DNA of 64,000 nucleotides from Gammaproteobacteria bacterium (GCA_965209035.1 OZ242372.1:2016001-2080000), one strand, 5' to 3'; numbered from the stretch's first letter, positions 49,901 through 59,425 are shown. Notes: generated from the letters alone by a model not told the origin. Made by a program: numbers and translations.

Positions 49901-50364
49901 AAAACGAAAGACCGATGATACAGATTTCTTTGCGGGATAACAGCGGGGAAATCTCGATCATGCTGATGTCAAACATTTATGCCAAGATCGATGATCGGGT
50001 TCTCAAAGAAGGCAATTTGATTGCTCTAAAAGGAAAACTGTCCGGCTTTCGTAATTCGGAGAGAACCGGGTTTGATGTGGAGACTGTGTTCAGTCTGGCG
50101 GATTTACGGACGACAAATTGCGATTGCATTCTCTTACACACGGAGGCACAATATGCAAATAGTTCTTCGGTTAAGAAGTTACAGAACTTGGCAACCAAGC
50201 ACGCCGGCAATACAGGGTTGCCGTTGTTTTTACAAATTCGGGACGGTGAAAAAGACTATCGCCTTCGCCTGTTCAAACAATATCATGTGCATCCGGAGGA
50301 ATCCTTTTTTACCGAGTTGGAAGCGGAGTTCCCGTTTTTTGATTATGAGTTCCCGCTCAAGTAG
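46921..50364 (+). CDS. dnaE: DNA polymerase III alpha subunit
   Basis: HLRVHS.YS, GPGRGSGAGSLVAY, PDFDID, HAAGVV and YGFNRSHA motifs. Confidence 0.98.
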   Translation: MNSFNNSFIHLRVHSTYSIRDGLARPEELTESAKNLGYEGIALTDRANLFGAVKFCNSARAKAMKPVLGMTLQISDANLSEQMSAVYEIVVLAKNKKGYANLMQLSTYAQTKSADAGRRGTVPYAFFSEHCQDLIVLGGWLGGDVGLAVAAGDHTAAKERLRNWQNLCGDNYYMELQRLGEEHTAELADMLKLAKECSCPPVATNDVMFLRPEDDETHRLRIHINLSEPVDRENTSNPYNRNQYLRSRAEMEQLFAEVPAALENAGHIFCKCSFILKKKDNIPRYSDKGSADRDLAELANTGMEKYLGNDWKDVRGGIYGQRLQSELEIIAKMRYSDYFLIVSDFVRWAKGRDIPVGPGRGSGAGSLVAYATEITGLDPLQYDLLFERFLNEGRGSMPDFDIDVCMERREEVIAYIRQRYGDTSVAQIISFGTLGARAAIRDLVRILKKPYGLGDKIVDMIVGGPHIKLAEVRKDARLSNYLAADAEADLVYQNAMSLEGQVRHTGLHAAGVVITTGPVADSCPLYCDEDGKLLTQFDKDDLESIGLVKFDVLGLRTLTLIDHTIKAIAADGKNERPVLRSDKTDDPKVFAMICRGATRGVFQLESSGMRNLAERMRPSLFEDIVSLIALFRPGPMDLIDEFIENKAKTEKGEEVAYLSDSVKDVLKDTYGITLYQEQVMQIAQIVAGFSLTEADVLRYVMSKKVKEIMPKLKERFIKGALKNNYKAKETEEIFWKIDKFSGYGFNRSHAVGYGVLAYWTAYLKCHYPAQFMAAALSLEENDLRRTSVYVDEVRRLKLEIVPPDINLCSAHFIAKEGKIFYGLSSIKGLGRYHALEIVKERANGPYKDLFDLSSRVSQISGATINKRVLENLIRVGAFNRLDANQERLMRQLSRAIQLGKKQKEEAEKGLTDMFAETLDAKSLENTEEQACRAWSEKRAMREEQKALGFDLRYDPFKVYAAELRRYVKQEIRKLTLNERVTICGLIYHRRYIMKNERPMIQISLRDNSGEISIMLMSNIYAKIDDRVLKEGNLIALKGKLSGFRNSERTGFDVETVFSLADLRTTNCDCILLHTEAQYANSSSVKKLQNLATKHAGNTGLPLFLQIRDGEKDYRLRLFKQYHVHPEESFFTELEAEFPFFDYEFPLK

Positions 50365-50378
50365 TGCAGCGGGAGGTT

Positions 50379-51236
50379 TTACTCCTTGGCGGGTTTATTT
50401 TTGGCCGGGTTGTATTTGTCTATTTCCTTAATAACCCAATTGTTTTCTTTAAAAAATTTGTTGCGGACATACAGGCGCGCCAGAAAACGCAGATTGGTTA
50501 AGGAACCGATTTCTTCTATCATTGACGCAAGATCTTCTTTCTCGGAGATGTTTGCTTCCACAAAAGAAAAAATTTCTTCTTGAATCTTGTAAAGATCCCC
50601 CGTATGCTTTTTGGATAGGTTGAGCGCATGCAATTGCTGACTCCATTCTTCCCAACGGCCGTCAACATATTTTTTAATGCCACTTTCCTCCAATGTTTCC
50701 CGACCAAGAGCTGTCATATCGAGAGGAGAATGCTCCGCGGCAATTAGTACTTGCATGGCAACACCTTTCTTATTCAAAAGCATCAACTTCAAAGTTTTGA
50801 CAACAACATCCAATTCAGTTCTGACTCCCGCAATATCCCCTTTTAGTTCAGTTCTGACTCCCGCAATACCCCCTTTTAGTTCAGTTCTGACTCCCGTAAT
50901 CTCCTCTTTTACTTCTTCTATATTAACTTCTATTTTTTGATTTGTTTTTGCCACAGCCAGGTATAACGAAGCTATGGCATATTCGCAGACCAGGCCAAGG
51001 ATCATCACAAAGAAGCCGAGCAGAAAAAGAATAAACCAACTGCCCTCCGGTATCAACTTGTATGCAAGGGCGGCATCGTAAAGGGTAAGAGTAGAAAATG
51101 CCGTAAATACTAGCAACCCAATTGCACATAGGATGTATGTCCAAACGCTAACCTTTACTTCCGGCAGACGTCCGGTATTGTATTTCCCCGCCGATTTTTC
51201 TGCGACTGTGTTACAGTCCATATCCTCCTTATTCAT
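50379..51236 (-). CDS. 2-TM coiled-coil protein, tandem copy C (2 hendecad repeats)
   Basis: Two hydrophobic helices, RTELKG(G/D)IAGV x2, C-terminal HSPLDMTALG domain; near-identical to copies A and B. Confidence 0.85.
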   Translation of the reverse strand: MNKEDMDCNTVAEKSAGKYNTGRLPEVKVSVWTYILCAIGLLVFTAFSTLTLYDAALAYKLIPEGSWFILFLLGFFVMILGLVCEYAIASLYLAVAKTNQKIEVNIEEVKEEITGVRTELKGGIAGVRTELKGDIAGVRTELDVVVKTLKLMLLNKKGVAMQVLIAAEHSPLDMTALGRETLEESGIKKYVDGRWEEWSQQLHALNLSKKHTGDLYKIQEEIFSFVEANISEKEDLASMIEEIGSLTNLRFLARLYVRNKFFKENNWVIKEIDKYNPAKNKPAKE

Positions 51237-51424
51237 CTATCTTCACATACCTTAAGCCGCTTGTCGGATCTCTTTTTACCCCGTCCGGCCGGACCTCCGG
51301 CCCTTTGATCTGAGGGCGCACCATCCCAAACTCAGAGTCCGGCACCTTGCTGAGGTTATGCCCCTTATAGATACAAGAGTTTTTAAAATATAAAAACTGC
51401 TTTCTAAAGTCAAGATGGGCTGCT
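51237..51424 (-). repeat. 188-bp spacer containing an IS481 left-end-derived segment
   Basis: Appears identical to 52370-52557; 51229-51360 is homologous to 44359-44490. Confidence 0.9.
51385..51413 (-). promoter_or_regulatory. Putative sigma70 promoter TTGACT-N17-TATTTT
   Basis: Near-consensus -35 and -10 with 17-bp spacing upstream of copy C; repeated at 52518-52546. Confidence 0.5.
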
Positions 51425-52369
51425 TCACTCCTTGGCGGGTTTATTTTTGGCCGGGTTGTATTTGTCTATTTCCTTAATAACCCAATTGTTTTCTTTAAAA
51501 AATTTGTTGCGGGCATACAGGCGCGCCAGAAAGCGCAGATTGGTTAAGGAACCGATTTCTTCTATCATTGACGCAAGATCTTCTTGCTCGGAGATGTTTG
51601 CTTCCACAAAAGAAAAAATTTCTTCTTGAATCTTATAAAGATCCCCCGTATGCTTTTTGGATAGGTTGAGCGCATGCAATTTCTTATTCCATTCTTCCCA
51701 ACGGCCGTCAACATATTTTTTAATGCCACTTTCCTCCAATGTTTCCCGACCAAGAGCTGTCATATCGAGAGGAGAATGCTCCGCGGCAATTAGTACTTGC
51801 ATGGCAACACCTTTCTTATTCAAAAGCATCAACTTCAAAGTTTTGACAACAACATCCAATTCAGTTCTGACTCCCGTAATCTCCTCTCTGACTCCCGCAA
51901 TATCCCCTTTTAATTCAGTTCTGACTCCCGCAATATCCCCTTTTAGCCCAGTTCTGACTCCTGCAATATCCCCTTTTAGTTCAGTTCTGACTCCTGCAAT
52001 ATCCCCTTTTAGTTCAGTTCTGACTCCCGTAATCTCCTCTTTTACTTCCTCTATATTAACTTCTATTTTTTGATTTGTTTTTGCCACAGCCAGGTATAAC
52101 GAAGCTATGGCATATTCGCAGACCAGGCCAAGGATCATCACAAAGAAGCCGAGCAGAAAAAGAATAAACCAACTGCCCTCCGGTATCAACTTGTATGCGA
52201 GGGCGGCGTCGTAAAGGGTAAGAGTAGAAAATGCCGTAAATACAAGCAGCCCAATTGCACATAGGATGTATGTCCAAACACTAACCTTTACTTCCGGCAG
52301 ACGTCCGGTATTGTATTTCCCCGCCGATTTTTCTGCGACTGTGTTACAGTCCATATCCTCCTTATTCAT
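51425..52369 (-). CDS. 2-TM coiled-coil protein, tandem copy B (4 hendecad repeats + REEITGV)
   Basis: 314 aa = copy C + 22 + 7 residues. Confidence 0.85.
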   Translation of the reverse strand: MNKEDMDCNTVAEKSAGKYNTGRLPEVKVSVWTYILCAIGLLVFTAFSTLTLYDAALAYKLIPEGSWFILFLLGFFVMILGLVCEYAIASLYLAVAKTNQKIEVNIEEVKEEITGVRTELKGDIAGVRTELKGDIAGVRTGLKGDIAGVRTELKGDIAGVREEITGVRTELDVVVKTLKLMLLNKKGVAMQVLIAAEHSPLDMTALGRETLEESGIKKYVDGRWEEWNKKLHALNLSKKHTGDLYKIQEEIFSFVEANISEQEDLASMIEEIGSLTNLRFLARLYARNKFFKENNWVIKEIDKYNPAKNKPAKE

Positions 52370-52557
52370 CTATCTTCACATACCTTAAGCCGCTTGTCGG
52401 ATCTCTTTTTACCCCGTCCGGCCGGACCTCCGGCCCTTTGATCTGAGGGCGCACCATCCCAAACTCAGAGTCCGGCACCTTGCTGAGGTTATGCCCCTTA
52501 TAGATACAAGAGTTTTTAAAATATAAAAACTGCTTTCTAAAGTCAAGATGGGCTGCT
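52370..52557 (-). repeat. 188-bp spacer, second copy
   Basis: Same sequence as 51237-51424, offset 1133 bp. Confidence 0.9.
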
Positions 52558-53496
52558 TCACTCCTTGGCGGGTTTATTTTTGGCCGGGTTGTATTTGTCT
52601 ATTTCCTTAATAACCCAATTGTTTTCTTTAAAAAATTTGTTGCGGGCATACAGGCGCGCCAGAAAACGCAGATTGGTTAAGGAACCGATTTCTTCTATCA
52701 TTGACGCAAGATCTTCTTTCTCGGAGATGTTTGCTTCCACAAAAGAAAAAATTTCTTCTTGAATCTTGTAAAGATCCCCCGTATGCTTTTTGGATAGGTT
52801 GAGCGCATGCAATTTCTTATTCCATTCTTCCCAACGGCCGTCAACATATTTTTTAATGCCACTTTCCTCCAATGTTTCCCGACCAAGAGCTGTCATATCG
52901 AGAGGAGAATGCTCCGCGGCAATTAGTACTTGCATGGCAGCACCTTTCTTATTCAAAAGCATCAACTTCAAAGTTTTGACAACAACATCCAATTCAGTTC
53001 TGACTCCCGTAATCTCCTCTCTGACTCCCGCAATATCCCCTTTTAGTTCAGTTCTGACTCCCGCAATATCCCCTTTTAATTCAGTTCTGACTCCCGCAAT
53101 ATCCCCTTTTAGTTCAGTTCTGACTCCCGTAATCTCCTCTTTTACTTCCTCTATATTAACTTCTATTTTTTGATTTGTTTTTGCCACAGCCAGGTATAAC
53201 GAAGCTATGGCATATTCGCAGACCAGGCCAAGGATCATCACAAAGAAGCCGAGCAGAAAAAGAATAAACCAACTGCCTTCCGGTATCAACTTGTATGCAA
53301 GGGCGGCATCGTAAAGGGTAAGAGTAGAAAATGCCGTAAATACAAGCAGCCCAATTGCACATAGGATGTATGTCCAAACGCTAACCTTTACTTCCGGCAG
53401 ACGTCCGGTATTGTATTTCCCCGCCGATTTTTCTGCGACTGTGTTACAGTCCATATCCTCCTTTGTCATTTTTCTAAATTTCATAAAATAACTCAT
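52558..53496 (-). CDS. 2-TM coiled-coil protein, tandem copy A (3 hendecad repeats + REEITGV, distinct N-terminus)
   Basis: 312 aa; starts MSYFMKFRKMTKEDMD instead of MNKEDMD. Confidence 0.85.
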   Translation of the reverse strand: MSYFMKFRKMTKEDMDCNTVAEKSAGKYNTGRLPEVKVSVWTYILCAIGLLVFTAFSTLTLYDAALAYKLIPEGSWFILFLLGFFVMILGLVCEYAIASLYLAVAKTNQKIEVNIEEVKEEITGVRTELKGDIAGVRTELKGDIAGVRTELKGDIAGVREEITGVRTELDVVVKTLKLMLLNKKGAAMQVLIAAEHSPLDMTALGRETLEESGIKKYVDGRWEEWNKKLHALNLSKKHTGDLYKIQEEIFSFVEANISEKEDLASMIEEIGSLTNLRFLARLYARNKFFKENNWVIKEIDKYNPAKNKPAKE

Positions 53497-53605
53497 AGCC
53501 TGTAAGAATTATAACATCTCTTGCCGTATTTTTTATGCAATTGCCATATTTTTATGTGCCAATACAAAAAGTGATACCGGGGAAGTAGTAACCACAAAGA
53601 AAATT

Positions 53606-55984
53606 CTAAAAAACGCTTCCCAGAGTGAACTGGAAGTCGTCCGTTATGTCGCCTTCCTTGGGATTGATGGGGCGGGCAAAGACAAAAGTCAAAGGCACGA
53701 ATTGAATTTGCCAGCGCAAAGAAAAACCATAAGATTGCCGCAGTTGGTTGTAGGCAATCGGAATTTCACAATGAGGCACCTCGTAAATACAGCGGGTGTT
53801 GAATACATTGCCGGCATCCCAAAATAAACTGGTGCGCAATCCTGTGGCGTCGCTGGTCAGTCGCGGGATCGGGAAGATCAATTCCATATTCACAATGGTT
53901 CTGAGATTACCGCCCTGGCTTCTAAGTGAGGGGGATCCGCCCGAAAGCGTCGCTCTGGGACCGAGTGAGTTGACGCCATAGCCGCGCACAGTGCCGATGC
54001 CACCGGCATAATAGTGTTCGTAAAAGGGAATCGCTTCCCGTGTATTTAGATTATCCAGGTAGGAAACTCGGGTTCCCAAAAAGAAGATTAATTCTTTGAT
54101 TTCCCGGTGCAGTCTCAAAAAAGTTTGTTGCCGCATGCTTGCCTGATAGTATGGCGAGCGCTCGCGCTCTTTTTCTTGTTCGGTGGGTACTTTGAGATTT
54201 AAACGCAAGGAGACACTGTTACCGGATGTCGGCTTAAACCCGCTGTCCAGATTGTTGTAAGAATATCCGGTTGAAATGCCAACATCATTGTATCTTGTGC
54301 CATAGGTATCCGTATAGTTGACCACTTCTTGGGACGGACCGCTGCCCAACCCGACATTAATAGCATCAAAATCAAAGCCATAACTCACCCGCTCATATTC
54401 GGATACGGGGTATCCGAAGTCAACACCTAGGGCGGAGCTTTGAATTCCATAACTGCCAAGACTTGCTTGGTTAAAGTCCAGGTTGCGCAATCTGAGAAAA
54501 TAAGAGGCACTAACGCCGTTAGGGGTGACGAACGGCTGTGTGTAAGAAACGGAGAAAAGTTGACGGACATTACTGTAACTTATCGAAGTGGTCAGGCTGT
54601 TGCCGCTGCCAAATAGGTTGCGATCCGAAAAATCCAAAGTCAGTGAAACCCCGGTGAGGTCGTTATATACCAGGCCGCCGGAAATGCTGCCGGAAGGGGC
54701 TTCGGTCACCGTGAAGATTAAATCCACCCGGTCGGATCTTCCCGGCACGGCACGGGTCGTCACTTCGGCATTCTGTAAGTAGGGCAGTCTTCTCAATCGG
54801 GACAAAGACAAGGAAATTAACTCCGAAGAATAGTGGGCACCCTCCAACTGCGGCAAGACGCGACGCAAACGGGTATGCTTGCTCTTCTTGTTGCCGACAA
54901 AGCGAATATGACGGACATAGGTTTTTTCACCCGGGCGCACATACAGGGTGATGTTGATTTTACCGTTAACTTCGTCAAATTGGTAGGACGGGTTGACTCG
55001 GGCAAGTCCGTAGCCTTCGTTGCCAAGGGTGCGAGTTATGGCGCGGGTGCTCTCCGTAATCTTGCGCTGGCTAAAAATTTCGTCCGTCCGAAAGGCCAGT
55101 TGGGAGACTAATTGTTCTTCCGGTAGGATCAGATTACCGGCAATACGAACATTGCCGATTTTGTATCTTTTTCCTTCCATGATATAAATGCCAATATTAA
55201 TGAATTTTTTATTGTTGTCAATACTGACCACTGTATCTTCTATGCGGACCCGCGCGAATCCGGCATCCAGATAGTGGTTGCGCATGGTCTCCAGATCTGC
55301 CAGCAGGGACTGACGCGAATACTGGGTTTTTCGCGAATTTCCGTTCCAGTTTGTTCGTTGTTTGAGCAAGAGAAGATCAAGCAGTTGTCGTTCCCGAAAA
55401 AATTGATTGCCGAGGATGTTAATTTGAGATATTTGTGTCGGCTTGCCCTCGTCAATGTTGATTAAAATTTCAATTCGGTTACCGTCCAATTCGCTGACTT
55501 CGCTTTCAATGCTTGCTCCGTATCTGCCTTGTTCGGCGTAAAGTGCCTTGAGTTCTTGTAGGATGAGTTCAAAGCGTCCGTAGGGAAAAATGCGTCCCAC
55601 CTCTACGCCATTTTGTTTCATTGCGTCTTCCAAGTTTTCCGTTTTTATGAGTTTGTTCCCTTTAATCTCAAGAGCGGATACGGCGGGATGCTCTTCCACC
55701 CGAATGATCAGCGTGTTGTTGCTGCGCAGTATTTTGACATCCTGAAAATAGCCGGTCGCATAGATGTTTTTAATCGCATCTGCGACGGACTGTGCGCCGG
55801 CCAGCCGACCGCTGCGCAAGTCGGTGACACTCAGCACTCGGGCCAGGGTGACTCTTTGCAGTCCTTCTACCTTGAGTTCGGCGGGGACAAACAGTTCTTC
55901 GGCATGCGCCAAAAATGAAAAAGATCCGCAGAGAATGAAGGGAACAAAAAGGCGAACAATAAATATCTGACGGATGTGTCTCAT
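53606..55984 (-). CDS. bamA: Outer membrane protein assembly factor BamA
   Basis: EGLQRV, POTRA repeats, YAGG..TVRGY..NSLGP, C-terminal FQFTLGSVF; downstream of rseP. Confidence 0.95.
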   Translation of the reverse strand: MRHIRQIFIVRLFVPFILCGSFSFLAHAEELFVPAELKVEGLQRVTLARVLSVTDLRSGRLAGAQSVADAIKNIYATGYFQDVKILRSNNTLIIRVEEHPAVSALEIKGNKLIKTENLEDAMKQNGVEVGRIFPYGRFELILQELKALYAEQGRYGASIESEVSELDGNRIEILINIDEGKPTQISQINILGNQFFRERQLLDLLLLKQRTNWNGNSRKTQYSRQSLLADLETMRNHYLDAGFARVRIEDTVVSIDNNKKFINIGIYIMEGKRYKIGNVRIAGNLILPEEQLVSQLAFRTDEIFSQRKITESTRAITRTLGNEGYGLARVNPSYQFDEVNGKINITLYVRPGEKTYVRHIRFVGNKKSKHTRLRRVLPQLEGAHYSSELISLSLSRLRRLPYLQNAEVTTRAVPGRSDRVDLIFTVTEAPSGSISGGLVYNDLTGVSLTLDFSDRNLFGSGNSLTTSISYSNVRQLFSVSYTQPFVTPNGVSASYFLRLRNLDFNQASLGSYGIQSSALGVDFGYPVSEYERVSYGFDFDAINVGLGSGPSQEVVNYTDTYGTRYNDVGISTGYSYNNLDSGFKPTSGNSVSLRLNLKVPTEQEKERERSPYYQASMRQQTFLRLHREIKELIFFLGTRVSYLDNLNTREAIPFYEHYYAGGIGTVRGYGVNSLGPRATLSGGSPSLRSQGGNLRTIVNMELIFPIPRLTSDATGLRTSLFWDAGNVFNTRCIYEVPHCEIPIAYNQLRQSYGFSLRWQIQFVPLTFVFARPINPKEGDITDDFQFTLGSVF

Positions 55985-57371
55985 AGAAATCGGGTGATAT
56001 CATTGAAAGTCACCAATATGAACAGGGAAATAAAAAATGCCAAACCGATGCGAAAATAATAGGATTGAAATTTCTTTGAAAGAGCTTTGCCGCGCACCAA
56101 TTCAATAACACAAAGAACCAGTTGGCCGCCGTCCAGCATGGGCAGGGGCAAAAGATTAAAGATGAACAGACTGAGGCTGATAAAGCCAAGGATAGACAAA
56201 AAGTTAATCAGTCCCGCGGCCGCCGAGTCGCTGGTGTACTTGACGATGCTGACCGGGCCGGAAAGACTTTTTACACTTAAGGAACCGATGAGAAGTTCGT
56301 AAAAACTGCGCCAGATTAACCGGACCATTTGCCCGGTTTGTACGGATGCCTTTTGCAGTGCCGGGATCAAACCCGCACGACTGACCACGAAATAAGATTC
56401 CAGTTGTGCCGCACTTGGCGGGGTAACGCGCAGACCGACAAAACCGCCCGGCATGCCGTTTTCATTTTCCGCTGTTGTCGGCGTGATGTGAATTGTAATT
56501 TGTTTTCCGCCCCGTTCAATGCTTAGCGAGGTTTCCAATTCGGCCCGTGTTTTGATATATTCGCTGAATTGCCCCCAGGAATTGATGTCGCGCCCGCCGG
56601 CCGCAATAATTTTGTCTCCGGCGAGGATGCCGGCCCGTTCGGCCGGGGTGTCGGGAAGAACCTCCCGGATATGTGCTTCTAATTGCGGTCGCTTCCCCCG
56701 CATGCCGAAGACAGTTTCCGGATCCGAGTTTTCCATGTCCGCCAAACGAACAGTATCCAGTTGCAATAAGACCGTGTTTTCGCGCCCGTGTTCTCTCAAA
56801 ACCCGAAGAGGCACATCCGTGCTTCCGATATCGGCCATTAGATGTGTGATCACTTCTTGCCAGGTTTCCGTTTTTGGCGCCGGACATGCGTGACCCGATC
56901 GTTCGCTTGCAGACTGCCGCCGGCTGCCGGCGTGTTCGGATAGACTTCGCCGATGACCGGCTTGAGCCCCGGCAGTCCGATCATTAAAATGAGAGCATAG
57001 ATCAAATAAGCCAACAGGGCGTTTGTTAGGGGACCGGCTATTAAGATAGCCATGCGAATTAATGGCGAAGATTCCTCGTATAGTCGTCCTTTTTTATTTT
57101 GGGTGGGCGTTGTTGTTACCGCTCCCATTTTCTCTTCTGTTTCTCCTTCCGTTGCAGATGTTTCAAACTGGACATAGCCGCCCAACAAGAGTGCACTGAA
57201 AACAAATTCTGTTTCGCTTTTTGCCTTAAAACGCAATAGCGTCGGTCCGAAACCCAAACTAAAACGCTTGACGCGTATCTTAAACAAAACGGCGGTCAGG
57301 TAGTGACCGAGTTCGTGCATCACAATCAGAAAACTCAAACCGAGAAGGGCAAACAACAGATTGATTAGCAT
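55981..57371 (-). pseudogene. rseP: RIP metalloprotease RseP, split by a frameshift near 56873 (real or sequencing error)
   Basis: HELGH and AGP..N lie in ORF 56850-57371; the PDZ region and NLLPLPMLDGG lie in ORF 55981-56853. One extra A in an A5 run gives ..QKTETWQEVI. Confidence 0.85.
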
Positions 57372-58555
57372 TTTTTCAAGAACTCCTCGGCGTAACTTTT
57401 ACTTTGTCGGGTTAATGCCAGAATCTCGTCGGCGCAATTCGGCAGAGTGTGACCGACAAATCGGTCCATCACTTTTTCTATGATTCCGGCCATGCGATCA
57501 AAAGAAATTCTTTTGGCAAGAAAAGCGGAAACGGCCGCTTCGTTGGCGGCATTCATCGCGGCCGGCTGGGCGCCTCTTTCCCGGGCGGCACGGCGGGCAA
57601 GTTCCAAAGCGGGAAACTCGTTTGCCGCAACCTCGCGAAAAGTTAACTCGGTTAAACGCAGCGGCTTGGAATTTTCGTATTCCAAATAATGCGGATAAGA
57701 AAGTGCCTGGTGAATCACCGGCTTCATATCCGGCGGACTGAGCTGAGCGATGGCGGATCCATCCGCGAACTCTGTCAGGCAATGTACGATGCTTTGCGGG
57801 TGAATGATGACCCGAATATCCTCTTGCGGCAAACAAAATAAAATACTTGCCTCGATCACCTCCAGTCCTTTGTTCATCATGCTTGCCGAATCCACGGATA
57901 TTTTGGCACCCATATTCCATATCGGATGAGCGAGAGCTTGTTCGGGGGTCACTTTTTTTAATTCTTCGGTACTATAGTTCAAAAAGGGGCCGCCGGATGC
58001 GGTTAAGGTGATGTTCCTCAGCCCAAACTCGTTCCTTGGATCTTCGCCAATGTTATAGGAGGGGGGTAAACAACGCAAAACGGCATTATGTTCGCTATCC
58101 AAAGGGATGATCTGCGTATTCTGTTTGCGTGCGATTTTCATCAGAAGATCCCCCGCACTGACCAGTGATTCTTTGTTTGCCAGTAACAGACGCTTGCCGG
58201 ATTGCAGTGCCGGGAAACAGGCTCGCAGTCCCTCGCCGCCGCTCAGGGCATTGATGACCCAGTCGGTGTTCTCGTCTTCGGCAAGTGTTTCAAGCCCGGC
58301 AGGGCCGCAAAAAATTTGAGGGGTGTGCTCACCGCCGAGAAGTTGTTTTAGTTCATTCACTGCGGCGGGGCTGCCGACCGAAACTTTTTGCGGCTGCCAG
58401 AAGGCACACTGGGCCGCCAGTTTTTTCATCTGTGAACCGGCCGCCAGCGAGGACACCCGAAATTTGTTTTGGTGTGCTTTTTGTTCTCTTAATACTTGCA
58501 AGGTATTTTCGCCCACCGAACCGGTGGACCCGAGAATCGCCAAAGAAATGCTCAT
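57365..58555 (-). CDS. dxr: 1-deoxy-D-xylulose-5-phosphate reductoisomerase
   Basis: LGSTGSVG, LANKESLV, DSEH, TASGGPF and MG.KISVDSA.MMNKGLE motifs. Confidence 0.97.
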   Translation of the reverse strand: MSISLAILGSTGSVGENTLQVLREQKAHQNKFRVSSLAAGSQMKKLAAQCAFWQPQKVSVGSPAAVNELKQLLGGEHTPQIFCGPAGLETLAEDENTDWVINALSGGEGLRACFPALQSGKRLLLANKESLVSAGDLLMKIARKQNTQIIPLDSEHNAVLRCLPPSYNIGEDPRNEFGLRNITLTASGGPFLNYSTEELKKVTPEQALAHPIWNMGAKISVDSASMMNKGLEVIEASILFCLPQEDIRVIIHPQSIVHCLTEFADGSAIAQLSPPDMKPVIHQALSYPHYLEYENSKPLRLTELTFREVAANEFPALELARRAARERGAQPAAMNAANEAAVSAFLAKRISFDRMAGIIEKVMDRFVGHTLPNCADEILALTRQSKSYAEEFLKKC

Positions 58556-59397
58556 TGAACGAAAATAAAAAAGGTATAGAATAGAGGAATACCAAACAAC
58601 ATATTATCCATTCTGTCAAACATACCTCCGTGCCCCGGCAACAGATTGCCGCTGTCCTTGACACCGCTCGCTCGTTTTAGCACGCTTTGATAGAGATCGC
58701 CAAATTGTGTTACAAGGGCTATGGGGCAGATCGCCAATATAAACTCTGTTCCCCTGCTTTGGGGCGGCAAGGAATGCGGAGCCAAGACAAGAAACAGCGC
58801 ATAGACGATGTAGCAAAATGCAACACCGCCGAGCAGGCCGGCAACGGTTTTGTTTGGACTAACTTGGGGACACAAGAGTTTTCCGCCAAATGCTTTTCCG
58901 CAAACATACCCGCCGACATCAATCGAACATAACATTAAAAAAAGGAGCAGGGCTAAGTTGGCGGACAGAGATTGAATAAATAGCGCACTGATGTAAAAGA
59001 ACAAAGGTAAGACAAAGAAAATACCCGCGGAGATGAGACGCGACGGAGCATTGGCATTAACAGAGACAGAATCTGTCTTTTGCATTTCGTAGCGCAGAAC
59101 TTCCAAAATGGGTAAAAAAAGACAACCCAATATAAGAGATGCCCAAACAACGGGGTAATCGGCAACGATGTTCGCAGGCAGCCAAAATAGTCCGAATAAC
59201 AAAACAAGAATTAGAAAAACCGGAGTGAGTTCCCCGCCGGGAAACCGGATTCTTAACAGAGATTGCCATTCCAAAGCCACCAAAACCAGAACAAAGATCA
59301 AGAAAAAAGAAAGAAGGAGACCTTTGCCGTATAGGATGATTAGAGAGACCGGGAGCAGTAAGGCAATACCGGTCAAAAGACGCAGGAACAGTTTCAT
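58552..59397 (-). CDS. cdsA: Phosphatidate cytidylyltransferase
   Basis: SPNKT..G and GDL..S.LKR..GVKDSG.LLPGHGG..DR.D motifs. Start moved to ATG 59397. Confidence 0.93.
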   Translation of the reverse strand: MKLFLRLLTGIALLLPVSLIILYGKGLLLSFFLIFVLVLVALEWQSLLRIRFPGGELTPVFLILVLLFGLFWLPANIVADYPVVWASLILGCLFLPILEVLRYEMQKTDSVSVNANAPSRLISAGIFFVLPLFFYISALFIQSLSANLALLLFLMLCSIDVGGYVCGKAFGGKLLCPQVSPNKTVAGLLGGVAFCYIVYALFLVLAPHSLPPQSRGTEFILAICPIALVTQFGDLYQSVLKRASGVKDSGNLLPGHGGMFDRMDNMLFGIPLFYTFFIFVQ

Positions 59398-59425
59398 TGG
59401 AACAGTTTTGTTGCTTTTCTTATTC

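Noticed and set aside
50379-53496. Array as an integron cassette array or diversity-generating retroelement
   Set aside because: There is no integrase or reverse transcriptase in the window, the spacers lack recognisable attC boxes, and the differences are repeat-number changes rather than adenine-specific substitutions.
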